NCBI RefSeq assembly: GCF_964188315.1
Contig: NC_135658.1
Location: 80,104,001 to 80,168,000, forward strand
Length of the DNA stretch: 64,000 nucleotides
Direction of reading: 5' to 3'
DNA from: Podarcis muralis
Lineage: Eukaryota
Part shown: positions 38,149 to 50,207 of the stretch, piece after piece
How positions within the stretch are numbered: position 1 is the first letter of the stretch
How the letters are laid out: each line of letters opens with the position of its first letter
The notes under the pieces: generated by a model
Told to the model about the DNA's origin: nothing
Database searches by the model: none
Seen by the model: the letters and a program-made list of their open reading frames with translations, nothing else
Translations under genes and position numbers: made by a program

Positions 38149-38815
38149 ATGAGTCTGTGGCTCAGTGCATGGGACTAACACACAGCTGAATGGGCCCACA
38201 CCATTATAAGATAGGAGTGTATCACTCCTTTTGAGTGTGTTCCAGCTGACTTCAATAAAAACAGGATCAGACCTTTCATCTGATCTTTAAAAGCACAATC
38301 TATTCTTACAGACCCAGACTTTTTATCACAGCATTTTTATTGCCTTTGAAGCTCCAAGGTCTTGGAGCAGATAGGTTTTCTGAGGACTTGCAGACTAATC
38401 ACTTTTAATACCATTTTACTGGGTATATAATTATCATCTTGACATCACTCCAGGAAATCCCTGCTGGAAGAGACACCAGCAAGACAATATTCCTGTGAAA
38501 GAGCTCCTGATTATATGTATTGAGTTTCTTTCATAACATTCTTCAGTTATAGCTTGACTTCTAAGATGAGTCTCATTCACCCCTCCCACATTCATCTTAT
38601 CCCTACTTAGGACCAAAGCAGGACCAAACCTTCCTTGTATCACAGCTGTGTATATATGTTACTTGAACTGGCCAAACTTTGGTAAATATTGACATTCACA
38701 TGTTTGTTGGCGATCTCATATGAATGTTACAAATGTCTAAAACCACAGGGTTGTATTGGTGAATGCTGACACAGTCCCATAAATAAGATTGTCAGAATTC
38801 ACTGGTCAGCATGTC

Positions 38816-39222
38816 NNNNNNNNNNNNNNNNNNNNNNNNNNNNNNNNNNNNNNNNNNNNNNNNNNNNNNNNNNNNNNNNNNNNNNNNNNNNNNNNNNNNN
38901 NNNNNNNNNNNNNNNNNNNNNNNNNNNNNNNNNNNNNNNNNNNNNNNNNNNNNNNNNNNNNNNNNNNNNNNNNNNNNNNNNNNNNNNNNNNNNNNNNNNN
39001 NNNNNNNNNNNNNNNNNNNNNNNNNNNNNNNNNNNNNNNNNNNNNNNNNNNNNNNNNNNNNNNNNNNNNNNNNNNNNNNNNNNNNNNNNNNNNNNNNNNN
39101 NNNNNNNNNNNNNNNNNNNNNNNNNNNNNNNNNNNNNNNNNNNNNNNNNNNNNNNNNNNNNNNNNNNNNNNNNNNNNNNNNNNNNNNNNNNNNNNNNNNN
39201 NNNNNNNNNNNNNNNNNNNNNN
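38816..39222. other. Assembly gap (N run)
   Basis: Continuous Ns. Confidence 1.
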
Positions 39223-40529
39223 CTTTTTAGACAGTCACAGAAGTTTTCTGGGACATGAAAATACATCCAAATAGGACTGCAGCATATTTACAATAGAAGA
39301 AGTCTGTAGGAGCAGGCAATATACAGGTCTTCTGAAGGATGCTTGCAGCTGATGTAATCTACTGTATTCCAGTTGCATAGGCACTGGGTGGTGGTGGTGA
39401 GGACTGGGTGCTCCAGCCCCCACAGCATTCCCCATGAAGGGGCTGGGCACCCACATTTTTTGCACTGGGGCTGCGCCCGACATCAGCACGCCCGCTGATG
39501 TGTGCATGTTGATGTCAAGCATGCATGCCGGCAGGCGGGCTGATGTCGGATGTGCATGCTGCAGGCATGCTGACATTAGATGCATGTGTGCCCGCAGCGT
39601 GCGTGGCCCCAGGCACCCGCGGTCCGAGGGCCAAGTTGCTTGTAGTTTGCACTCATTTAAGGCCTGTATTCATTGTGCGAGCAGAGGACATGCCAACATG
39701 GGGCTTAGCCACCAATCAGCCTGACGTGTGGTGATAGAATGCTACTATTGTGAGTACTGATGCTGAATGCTAAACTGGCATCACAGGATTTTGTGTTTAT
39801 TACATTTTTATCCCCTTCCAAGCTTCTCATGCTTTTGCAACAGCCCTGTCAGGTAGGTCAGGCTGAGAATGAAGATCATCCAAAGTGAGCCTTATGACTG
39901 ACAGATGGTTCCATATATGAAAATGAGGGCAAGGTCTCTTCTCCCATCTTTCCTTCCTTGTCTTGGTTACCCACATAATTGGAAGTGAACAGCTCATTCT
40001 TTTAATGTCTGTGTCACAACAGGTGAAATTTCATCACCTCATCCTTTTGGTGCTTATTCATAAGGTCTTCAGTGTCTCTGCTAATATGCCATGGCGGCAG
40101 TTAGACGAAATATAATTCTTCCTCGTATCATATTCATTTCACTTCAAATGTGTGCCCCTCACTGTGTTTTAAATCAAGTAAGGCTTGCTCTTTTTGGTGC
40201 GGGATAGTAAAAATGGGGTATAACACGTACTCATTCACGGTTGGTTGTCGATAGGATTTTTGTGGGTAAATGTGTTTTCATTCCTGGTAACAAGAGCTTC
40301 TGTACTATCTATTGCACTTGTTATTTCCCTTGTTCTATTTTACATGTGATCAATGAATTTATTTATTTCCTTTTTGCAAAGGTTTATTCTAAGAATGTCT
40401 TTACATTTGGTATATTATTGTATATACTAAAATACAATATAAATCTTAAGACGATAATTAGAACATTTTTAGATATTTATAGTATGATTTCCCACATTTG
40501 ATAAATAAGAATAAATTCACTAAATAAAA

Positions 40530-40531
<2 letters not shown>

Positions 40532-40561
<30 letters not shown>

Positions 40562-40563
40562 AT
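40532..40563. repeat. (AAAT)n microsatellite
   Basis: Direct reading. Confidence 0.9.
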
Positions 40564-41897
40564 GGGGGGAAATGAAAGAGCTGTCCTACTTAAGTAGGTA
40601 ACAGCAATGAAGGAGAAGGGAGAAGACAGTGGGAGGAACACAACCAAATAAATACAGGTTACAGCTCTTTTAGAGCTTTGGGAACAATCCCAACCCACGA
40701 TACACCAGGATGCAGTCTGGAATAGCTAGTTCTCCAGCTGAGCCCAGGCTACGTTGGCAAAAGTCACTCATCCTGGTTCTGCTGGAGATTTACTACCATA
40801 TATCCTTCATCCTAGCTCAGCTGGCTCAGCTGCCTCGGCTGAAGATGGCTGAGCCAAGACTGAGGAAAGCCCCCCCATAAAGGGCATTCCAGGGGTGCAG
40901 TGAGGGTGAGATAGGTCAGGGGGAGACTTACCCCTATTCCAAACTCTGTTGAGCCTGGTCACATAACCGAGCAACCCAGTGGAAGTTACAGTGGCAAAAA
41001 ACATTGGGGAGGAGGATGAGTTGGCATTTGTCCTGAGTAGCAGTGGTAGTGATGGCTGCGAGGGAACCACCCTATTTTCACCTGAGGAATGCTGGAGGGT
41101 ATGTCTTCCATTTGCAGACGTTCTATTCTACTTCGCCTTTGGCCCTGTTCTGTAGAATGGGTGTAGTAGGGAGTTTCCTTGGATGGAAACTGATGTGCCA
41201 ACATAGTTATTTTCAGTGGCTAAGCTGATGATGAGCTGCATTGACTGGTGACATGGCAGCCTACTCAATGAGTTGTCTAATGTCTGAAGACACTGTTGAT
41301 AAGAAACATTGGCAGTGAAACAAAATAGAATCTCTGGGGAATAGAGGTAAACAGGCTGAAAAGACAGAAGACCACTGTTGTTGTTGTTGTTGTTGTTGTT
41401 GTTAAAAGCTTCCCAATGCCAAATAGAGCAAAGATATTGTGTGTGTATATGTGTGTGCGTGTTTTGCTTGTTCTTTCTTGCTAGAATGCTAAATGCTACT
41501 AATTGATTCTAGCCTGAAGAGACCAAGCTGTGTGGGAGGACTTGAATTTTCATGGCAACTGCTCTCTCTCTCACACACAAAATCAAAATGTAAAGTTGAT
41601 GCATTTAGCCACTTAGGCAAGTTGCAAAACATCCTTGAAGTGCCATTAGCTGCAGCTAATGTGTGTGCATCCCCATGCTTCGACTAATGACTTGGTTATA
41701 AGTGATCTTAAAAGAAAAACCCAAATGGCAGTCAAGGTTTCTGGCTAAGGGCATGTCTATCACAATTTCCCTTTTCCGTCCACCATGAAGCAAAATGTGG
41801 CATGCTTTTGAACATACTATGGAACCCAGCACACAGTGCATACAGCATATCCCTGACTTTTGCATCGATGAGAGGCAAGGGAGAAGTCTCTAAGTAT

Positions 41898-42598
41898 ACC
41901 ATATGAGAAATAAGTAAAATAATCAAACAAATATTAGAAATCACCCCAGAATTGGCCTTACTAAACATCTGCCAAGAAAATAATGTCCACTTACACCACA
42001 AAGAACTCATAACCCACCTACTTTCAGCAGCCAAACACTGGAGAGACTTGTCAGGAGTAAGCATGGACCAATGGTACCAAATAGTATGGGAAACAGCCCT
42101 ACTAGAAAAATTAGCCAATAAACCGAAACTAACACAGGGACAAATAGAAGAAGACACCTTCACCCCGGTACGGCTCCCCTTTATCACATACACAGACCAA
42201 CAAGACAATGACAAAAATCCACCATCGGCATACAAATCAATATGGCTAACCTGACCCACTCACACATAAAAAGAAAGACCACCACAGCCAACCACAAATG
42301 AATAACCAAACCCTAGGCCAACTCCAACTTCTCTCACCACCAAAGGAACACAAGTGAACAGCAAAGAACCTGCACAAGCAACACTGACACCAAACCCTAC
42401 ATATAGTAAGTAAAATAGAAACATTGCCACCAGATCCCCCCCCATCTTCCCCACCCCACCTCTTTCCCCCTCTTCTCTCTAATGTCTCAACAAATGAAAC
42501 TGATTTGTAAAAATGTTACATGGGGGGAAATACGAGAGAGAGAGACATTGCACATACTTTTGTAAATCAAGAAAATATTTAATTAAAAAGAAGAAGTC
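41898..42598 (+). mobile_element. L1 LINE 3' fragment, same family as 33487-34400
   Basis: HHKELITHLLSAAKHWRDLSGVSMDQWYQIVWETALLEK. 12-bp TSD GTCTCTAAGTAT at 41886-41897 and 42599-42610. Confidence 0.9.
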
Positions 42599-43768
42599 GT
42601 CTCTAAGTATTTGTCCATGTCCCTGGAACCATTTGATAATTATCTGATTCTGTGATGGGATATAAAAGCTCTTATTTGGAACTCACACTTTCTGTTACCT
42701 TCACTTGCTCCTCCTACCTTTCCCCACTCCCTCATTTATACCCACCCCCTCCTTTTTCCTCTTGTGTATTTCTTTGCTGTGTGGTCAAATGATATGTTGT
42801 AGATGTTAATTGCTGGCAAATGCCCTACTTATTGGTCAAGGGTTGGGTAATTTTAAGGAGGTGTTGGGTGTTAGAATTCCTGCTCCATGATTGCAGTCAT
42901 GGGATTGTTGTCTATCACATGACGGTATATGTTTTGACTCCACAGAGTGGGAAGTGATGGAGACAGGATGTTTGTATTACTGTGTTCTGTGAAGTGGACT
43001 ATTCTCCTTTGTTCTTTTTCTCTTTGCTGTCTGATGCTAGAGAGTGAGGGAGCCATGTTGCAGTGCTCCGTGTGTGTTTATATGTAAATCAAGTAAATTA
43101 GCCAAAATGCTGAGTTGCTGAGGTCTGTTACGCAAGCTGAGAAGACTCTGCAGATCCCCAAGAGTGCTGGTGTCTGTTGGCATCGGTCGCTGTGATGTTC
43201 GGGCTGAAGAAAGCTAATGAAACTCCCGAACGATCGACCAGGAGGGAGAGAACATGCCTGTTGGGCATGTGTCTCTACCAAGGTCCTACTCGAGTGCAGG
43301 ATGAGCTCCTGACAGGTTTGGGATCTTGAGAAGTGTTTTATCCCTCTCTTATTTTAAAAAGCCTCAGAAACAAGTCTTTCGAGGTGTAGAGGGGTTTGTC
43401 CACAGAATCAGCAAGTATAAAAATGGAAGGGGATATATGATGCTTTCTTGGTAGACTCTCATTCCTGCTTCTCTGGGAGCTCAATGCTATTATAATCAGG
43501 CCAGTTTGAAATCATTAAATCTGAGAAGAGAGTATAAAAGATTCCAAAAACTGATTATTATTATATCTTATATGTGAGGCTGGTGCCAGTGGTCAGCATC
43601 TGCCAAGGATCTTAGCCCAGTGGCTGCTGACTGTAGAGGGTTTCTTGGCAGAGGACTGTACTCAATGTGCATATATTGGTGGCTGAGGGAAGCCATATTG
43701 GGGTGGAACTGATAGCATAGACTCACTCCTGCTTTGCCATGTGAGTGCCCTACCTGCAAGTAATACAT

Positions 43769-43905
43769 CAGAGTGAGGAGTCTGTGACCCTCCAGGTGTT
43801 AAAAGACTACAACTCTCATCAGCCATAGCAAGTATGTCCAGTGATCAGGGATTACAGGAATTGTAGTCCAGGAACATCTGGACGGCCACCATGTCCCCAT
43901 CCCTG
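43769..43905. mobile_element. Short hAT-type MITE
   Basis: Perfect 8-bp TSD TAATACAT on both sides, with palindromic body GACTACAACT...TTGTAGTC. Confidence 0.9.
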
Positions 43906-45188
43906 TAATACATGAATAGGGATGCAGAATAAAGTGCAGCAGCTGTCAAGATGGGTTTCTCCTTAGCATGTGACATCAGAAAATAAACTTGAAGAGTGGA
44001 ATTGGACTTCAAACAAAATTGCAGTGGAAAAGAAACTTCCACTCAGGTTATAGGAAAGACCCAGCCTTTAATGGAATGAAAGGCACCCTCCCCCACTGTT
44101 ATTGTGCAAGGAACATTTTCATATGATGCTGACTGGCCTACAGTTGCTAAGAGTTTCAAGTCATCAATGCTGTGTTCAGCCCTGGCCCTAAATCTAACCC
44201 CAAGCCCCTTTGGTGAACTTATCTAATACCGCAGAGCAGTAATTTAATATCCAGAGGCCAGATTTAACTGCGCTCAGTTGACTGTTGTCAATTTACCTTG
44301 CAGCAAAGCTACATGAGCTACAAATGTAGGCTAGAGGTGGCCAACACAAAGCCTTTCAGAGTCATTTTGAATTCCATTTTGCTAAACCAGCCAACACTAA
44401 AAGGTTCAGAGGTCCAATTTGATTTGGGTAAACATCTAAAGGGTGATATACTTATCCAAAGCTCTTTGCTCTGCAAAATTCCATCAGCATAACCTGTTAT
44501 AAGATCACAGGTACCTTGTCTTTTGGAAAAGGCAAAAGGGGAAAATGTATTGCATGAATAAGCTTCCTTCAGATAAATAAAACACAACCATATCATTTCA
44601 ATCTTGTTGAACGTATAAGTTTTGGGTGCCTCCTCAGCAGTAGTAGGTCAATGCAAATAAATGTCATGCAAGGACACTCACAGAAGGGTCTCTCACCCTC
44701 CCCACAGCAGCCCCAGTGTCCCACTGCTCGCTTGTCTTCTTTAACTCCCCATTTCCTTTGAAAACCTAAACTCTCATAAAATTATGCAAAGTTTAGCCTC
44801 ATACTTCTGCATCTACAGTATGTGCACCACACTGGCCAACTGGGAGGAGCAGAAGCATAGTCAGCTAGAGTTGGATTCAGACCAGTTGCATGTTGAAGCA
44901 ACCACACAACTGCTTCGCCAGGAACCAAACTCTGCATGGGAGCAGGGCGGAATCCGCTCAACCCACTGCTATGGCCAACTTAGAAGCGTCTATATCTGAA
45001 GAGGAGTCCTGGGATATTAAGGGCCTCAAGTCTCAGAAAATGGTCACTGGGGATTCCTCTCTCACAGATGAGGAAAGTGAGCAATCTCAGTGCACAAGCT
45101 TCCTCTATCACCCATCCTTGGAAAGTCTCTTCAAATTATTCTCCAGAAATGCTCTCAACTCCATACACCCTGCCTTCAGAACAGTCTT

Positions 45189-45411
45189 TTTATTTGTTAT
45201 GTTTTATTAGATTTCAAGAATTTCACATATACACTACAAAATATATTTTTCATTTGTTTTTCGACTTCCCCTCCTGTTTTCCATAGCATTTTTAGTCTCT
45301 CCCCCTTGCTGTAACCCATCTTATCTCTCTTATACTGTAACTACTATACAATAATTTTTTTCTGTTGCTCATAGTTCAATTCCTGCTCACGAATTCATCA
45401 TACTTTATGCT
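45189..45411 (-). mobile_element. Short non-LTR (L1-like) 3' end insertion
   Basis: 14-bp TSD TTCAGAACAGTCTT at 45175-45188 and 45412-45425, with a T-rich left end. Confidence 0.75.
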
Positions 45412-45502
45412 TTCAGAACAGTCTTATTAGCAATCCTCAGAGTCACGTTGCTCCATGCTTTAGCTAGGAGCTGATCTTCCAGGACAGTATGGCCAAGACC
45501 AC

Positions 45503-45603
45503 CCCTCCATCAAGCAATAGTTCGTTCCTCAGTAGGCTTTATTAGAGTGTTTCTCTAACTGATCAGAAGCCTACTGAGGAATGAACTATTGCTCGATGGA
45601 GGG
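45503..45603. repeat. Near-perfect 37-bp inverted repeat (foldback hairpin)
   Basis: Arms 45503-45539 and 45567-45603 differ at 2 positions. The spacer contains TTAGAG/CTCTAA. Confidence 0.9.
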
Positions 45604-46883
45604 TAGGGAACCTCAAGCCCTGGGACCTCAATACTCTTCCCAGTCCACTTCTCTTTCCTAGCCCTGCATCACACTTTCCTTGGGAGCTTTTGCCTGGCTA
45701 TATCTTTAAATTCTAATGCCTGGATGGAAGACAGGAGAGAGAGAGAGAAGAAACGACCCTTCTTTACATTTGTTGTTCTGGCCTCAGCCACTACTGGCAT
45801 GTAACCACTGGAAGGTTGACCAGGAGGGAATGTGATCCATTGGCTGAAAAAAAACAAACCCACTCTGCACTAATAGCATAAGTCTAGGCATTCAAAAGTA
45901 AGTCCAACCGTGTTCAACAGTGCTTACTGCTGGGTAAGTGTATGTTGCATGGCAGTCCAAGCTGCCTGGCCATGAACTTGCTTGCTCGCATTCTACTTTT
46001 TCAATGCCCCTGTCCAGGGTCCTGATGCCTTGCTTGCCATGGCAGATTCCTGACTTCCCATTGTGTGTTCATGGCTACTGCCTGACACTGGGCAGCAGCT
46101 CCTACATAGGTTGAAGCCTTGAACAGGAGATATACATTCTGTACATATCAAATCAGAAAGGTTTCAATTTGCTCTTGGAATGCTTGCTGGGGGCACCTTT
46201 TTATTACTGGCATTTAACCATCTATAAAACCACTAAGACAACAACAGCAACAGGTGTGGGCTATTTGGAGTTCAGCTCTGAAGTGACATTCTTTAGCTGT
46301 CTTCAGCTCAGCTTCAAAGTCAAATAAAGAGACCTAATTTTAGTAAACACTGTTAGCATCAATTTTAGTTAATGCTGTTGTTTCCCCCCTTTCATTTCTC
46401 ATCAATTATTATTAGAAGCAGATTAGATTAGATTAGATACATAAACACACCAGAAATCTTGTTTTCCCCTGCAGTTTTCAAAACTCCTCCTTTCCTATAA
46501 CATACTCTCCCCCGGTAGATAAAGCATTTGTAGGATTGCAAAGTCTGGCATTCTCTGCCATATTGTATAAGAAAACATAAATTTAGTCCTCCTTCCCAGG
46601 TTTCTTGCACAGCCGAGACCCAACAGTATATTTAGAAGGGTCAAAACATTTGACAACGGTTATTGTCAGGAGAGCTGCCATTCATTGTTGCAAAAATAGC
46701 CCCAGGAATTCAACTGGATTGTATTTTATCTGCTTTTGCAGGTGGGTTGTGTGTGTTTTTTTTTAAAAAAGAAACATTATGAGTAGAATTTCGACATATA
46801 TAAGGATGAAGAAAAAGAAAGGAAAGCAATAATTTAATAAGATGGGAGAGAGGAAGCAAGCAAAAGAAAGTCAGGATTCACCT

Positions 46884-47210
46884 AAGAATATAACAATACA
46901 GTATAAGAAGAGCCTTTTGCATCAGGCCAAAGGTTCTTGTAGTCCAGCATTCTGTTCTCACAGTGGCCAACCAAACGTTAAGGGAAGCCCCACAAGCAAG
47001 ATCTGGGTGCAACAACACTCTCCTCACTTGTGATTCCCAGTAACTGGTATTCAGAGGCTTATAGCCTCTGATAGTGGAGGCAGAACATAGCCATTGTGAC
47101 TGGTAGTCGCTGATAGCCTTACCCTCCATGAATTTGTCTAATCCTCTTTTGAAGTCTCCCAAGTTGGTGGCCATCTTTACCTTTTGTGGGAGAAAATTCC
47201 ATGCACCTAA
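46884..47210 (-). mobile_element. CR1 LINE 3' fragment
   Basis: Translation MATNLGDFKRGLDKFMEGKAI followed by a CR1-type 3' UTR. Confidence 0.88.
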
Positions 47211-47250
47211 GCATCTATTGTATACCCTTAAGCATCCAGTATACTATATA

Positions 47251-47695
47251 TTAAGGACGCGGGTGGCGCTGTGGGTTAAACCACAGAGCCTAGGACTTGC
47301 CAATCAGAAGGTCGGGGGTTCGAATCCCTGTGACCTTAAGGTAAAGGTAAAGGGATCCCTGGCCATTGGGTCCAGTCGTGGCCGACTCTGGGGTTGTGGC
47401 ACTCATCTCGCTTTACTGGCCGAGGGAGCCGGCGTACAGCTTCCGGGTCATGTGGCCAGCATGACTAAGCCACTTCTGGCGAACCAGAGCAGCACACAGA
47501 AACGCCGTTTACCTTCCTGCCGGAGTGGTACCTATTTATCTACTTGCACTTTGACATGCTTTCGAACTGCTAGGTTGGCAGGAGCAGGGACCAAGCAACG
47601 GGAGCTCACCCCGTCGTGGGGATTCGAACCACCAACCTTCTGATCGGCAAGTCCTAGGCTCTGTGATTTAACCCACAGCACCACCCGCGTCCCTT
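47251..47695. mobile_element. Compound Sauria SINE: plus-strand head fragment (47254-47334) joined to a full-length minus-strand copy (47339-47693)
   Basis: Both parts are read directly. A single perfect 20-bp TSD AGCATCCAGTATACTATATA lies at 47231-47250 and 47696-47715. Confidence 0.9.
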
Positions 47696-48586
47696 AGCAT
47701 CCAGTATACTATATATAAAAAAGGTATTTTCAGCACTGCCCAACTATTTACTTTCAGCCAGGCATAAAATAATGAGCTGAATGGATGATACTTTATCATA
47801 ATTTAGGGAGAACACTTAACATCATCTTGTTATCACTTACTAGTATGTCATAGTTAAAAAGGAAAGGAACGAAAACTCCACATGAATGACCAAGACAAAC
47901 AACAGTTTTGCTGATAACAAATGTATTTCCTTAATCCTGTTTGCTGTTCCCTATGAGCCCAGACTACAGATAATGGGATAGCAGGCTTCTGTTGGCGCTA
48001 TCATTGCCACCAAGCAAGGTAAAACATTTCAATCTCTACCCTGCATAGTCGAAGTAGCTTGTCACTTAAAAGAATAGAGGATAATAATAATTACTCAGCC
48101 CATTAAGGAGGGTCCCATTGTAAAGGAAACATGAATGAGATGCTTGAAGTTTCTGGGTCCTGGGGAAACACCTGATTTTGCTGCTGTACTACAGGGAACT
48201 GCCACAAATGCAAGATGTGGGTGGCGTCTACTGAAAATATTTTTGTTTAGGCAAGCCTATCCAGGCATACAAAAGTTACATGTGTTTTATTTCTCTTAAG
48301 CTACTGATGATCATATTTCGAGTACCTGTTTTTAACTGTTTTTTTCTCAACATTTTTTCTTAGCTTCTGGGGACTGTATGCATGGTTTCTGTCATAGAAC
48401 TGGGTCACGCATGCCCAGCCTTGGTCAAGAAAGGAATCTATCTGAACCCACCACCCAAAGAGGTGTGGGGTGTGTTTATAGTGTGCACAATTAATTTTCT
48501 TGATCTGCAGGGACGTGCAGCTACCCACAGGCATAGTTATAATGGGGGCTTGCATTTTTAACAGCACTCAAAGGCATTTGTGGAAG

Positions 48587-48587
<1 letters not shown>

Positions 48588-48626
<39 letters not shown>
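48588..48626. repeat. (GT)n microsatellite
   Basis: Direct reading. Confidence 0.95.
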
Positions 48627-48628
<2 letters not shown>

Positions 48629-49569
48629 CCTTCAAAGAACAGTAAGATCCGACAGTTGAATGTGTTCTAATGAAAATGCTGCTAGCATAATCCAAAGATT
48701 GCCTAACATTTGCCAGCATATAGAGTGAAGCTGGGCCAACATAATTTCTGCAAAACAACCAGCAACAGTAGAAAGAGTTGCATGACTCAGCACAAGAGCA
48801 GGTGTAACTGAGGTTCCAGAGCTTTTCATTTGGAGCAACAAAAACAAAACAAAACAAACCACCCTTCCCTTTTTATTTTGTTTTACTTTAAGATTATTTA
48901 CATCTATAGCCCTTTGGGGTTTGGTGCTGGACAAATTATAGAGACACTGGAGCTCCGATGCCACTGAATTACATTTTGCAGGGTCAGAGTTGTCAGTGGT
49001 GCACAGTGTTGTCACTTGAATTAAAGTAAATGCATTTTCTGTGCGTCCTTTGCTGCCCCACATTTGAAAATGTAGACTGTTGTGGAGAATAGCACTACCT
49101 AACACCAAGACTGGTTAAGTGAACCTTGGATCCACTTCTAGGGTGGTGAACAGCCTGCCTCAGCTAACCGTGTTCCACGTAATGTGCACAGCAGCAAAAC
49201 AAACAAACAAACAAACAAACAAACAAACATCATCCACCTATCTTTGTCTATATTTTCCTTCCCTTTTCGGCCAGAGAGCACTGACCTCATATTTGACTTC
49301 CTGACAGCAACCTGGATTAAGGCTATCTTGTATGATGATTGCACATGGATTCCGCCCCCACACTGAGTGTGCATACTGGGATGCTGAAATTGGTTGTGAC
49401 TTTCCAGAATATGTGTGCCAAATTTACACAAAGCTAAAACCAGCTAACAAAAATCCACCCAAAATCCCAACCCAGATATTTTTGTCACAACCATTGTCGT
49501 TAACATTATATTTGTCATATGCCCTCAATGGTATATTGTGACATATAGACAATGCCGTTCTTCAACAGA

Positions 49570-49774
49570 NNNNNNNNNNNNNNNNNNNNNNNNNNNNNNN
49601 NNNNNNNNNNNNNNNNNNNNNNNNNNNNNNNNNNNNNNNNNNNNNNNNNNNNNNNNNNNNNNNNNNNNNNNNNNNNNNNNNNNNNNNNNNNNNNNNNNNN
49701 NNNNNNNNNNNNNNNNNNNNNNNNNNNNNNNNNNNNNNNNNNNNNNNNNNNNNNNNNNNNNNNNNNNNNNNNNN
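49570..49774. other. Assembly gap (N run) abutting a perfect palindrome
   Basis: Continuous Ns end exactly where the 167-bp inverted-repeat arm begins. Confidence 1.
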
Positions 49775-49805
49775 TGTCTTCCCGTGTAAAAGTTGGGGTG
49801 TCTAG

Positions 49806-49843
49806 GCGACGTTTCGACGAGGTCTCACTCGTCATCTTCAGGC
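49806..49843 (-). ncRNA. Mirror copy of the hammerhead ribozyme motif
   Basis: Exact reverse complement of 50054-50091. Confidence 0.75.
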
Positions 49844-50053
49844 TGGTGCTTTCGGCTTCTTGTTACTGGAACAGAGCAGGATCTCAGTGTTTGAGTTCCT
49901 ATAAATACTGTTGAGGAGGTGTGGTGTATAGCCTCCAATGTCCTCTCTGCCCAGAACATTGGAGGCTATACACCACACCTCCTCAACAGTATTTATAGGA
50001 ACTCAAACACTGAGATCCTGCTCTGTTCCAGTAACAAGAAGCCGAAAGCACCA

Positions 50054-50091
50054 GCCTGAAGATGACGAGTGAGACCTCGTCGAAACGTCGC
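50054..50091 (+). ncRNA. Minimal type I hammerhead ribozyme motif (Penelope type)
   Basis: GC-CTGAAGA-T-GACGAG-tgagac-CTCGTC-GAAA-C-GTC-GC. The core is intact, with an extra U after A9, a 6-bp stem II and a palindromic ACGT stem III. Predicted cleavage is after C50089. Stem I has only 2 clear pairs. Confidence 0.75.
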
Positions 50092-50173
50092 CTAGACACC
50101 CCAACTTTTACACGGGAAGACACCCGAGGACACCAAAACCTGCATTCCTGTACCCGTGAAAATCTACGAAAGC

Positions 50174-50207
<34 letters not shown>

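Larger units (their letters stand above)
49775..50173. mobile_element. Penelope-like element pseudo-LTRs in inverted arrangement
   Basis: Identical 167-bp arms (49775-49941 and 49956-50122) with a 14-nt spacer. Contains the PLE-type CTGAAGAT...GAAACGTC motif and ends in (TA)n at 50174-50201. Confidence 0.8.

Noticed and set aside
39375-39730. CpG-rich patch resembling a small CpG island
   Set aside because: It begins with a hAT-MITE-like end and has repeated TGACAT/GATGTC motifs. It is more likely a decayed transposon, and I could not define its boundaries.
1992-49914. Poly-X ORFs around 2.0-2.4, 9.4-9.7, 38.8-39.3 and 49.5-49.9 kb
   Set aside because: They span N gaps.
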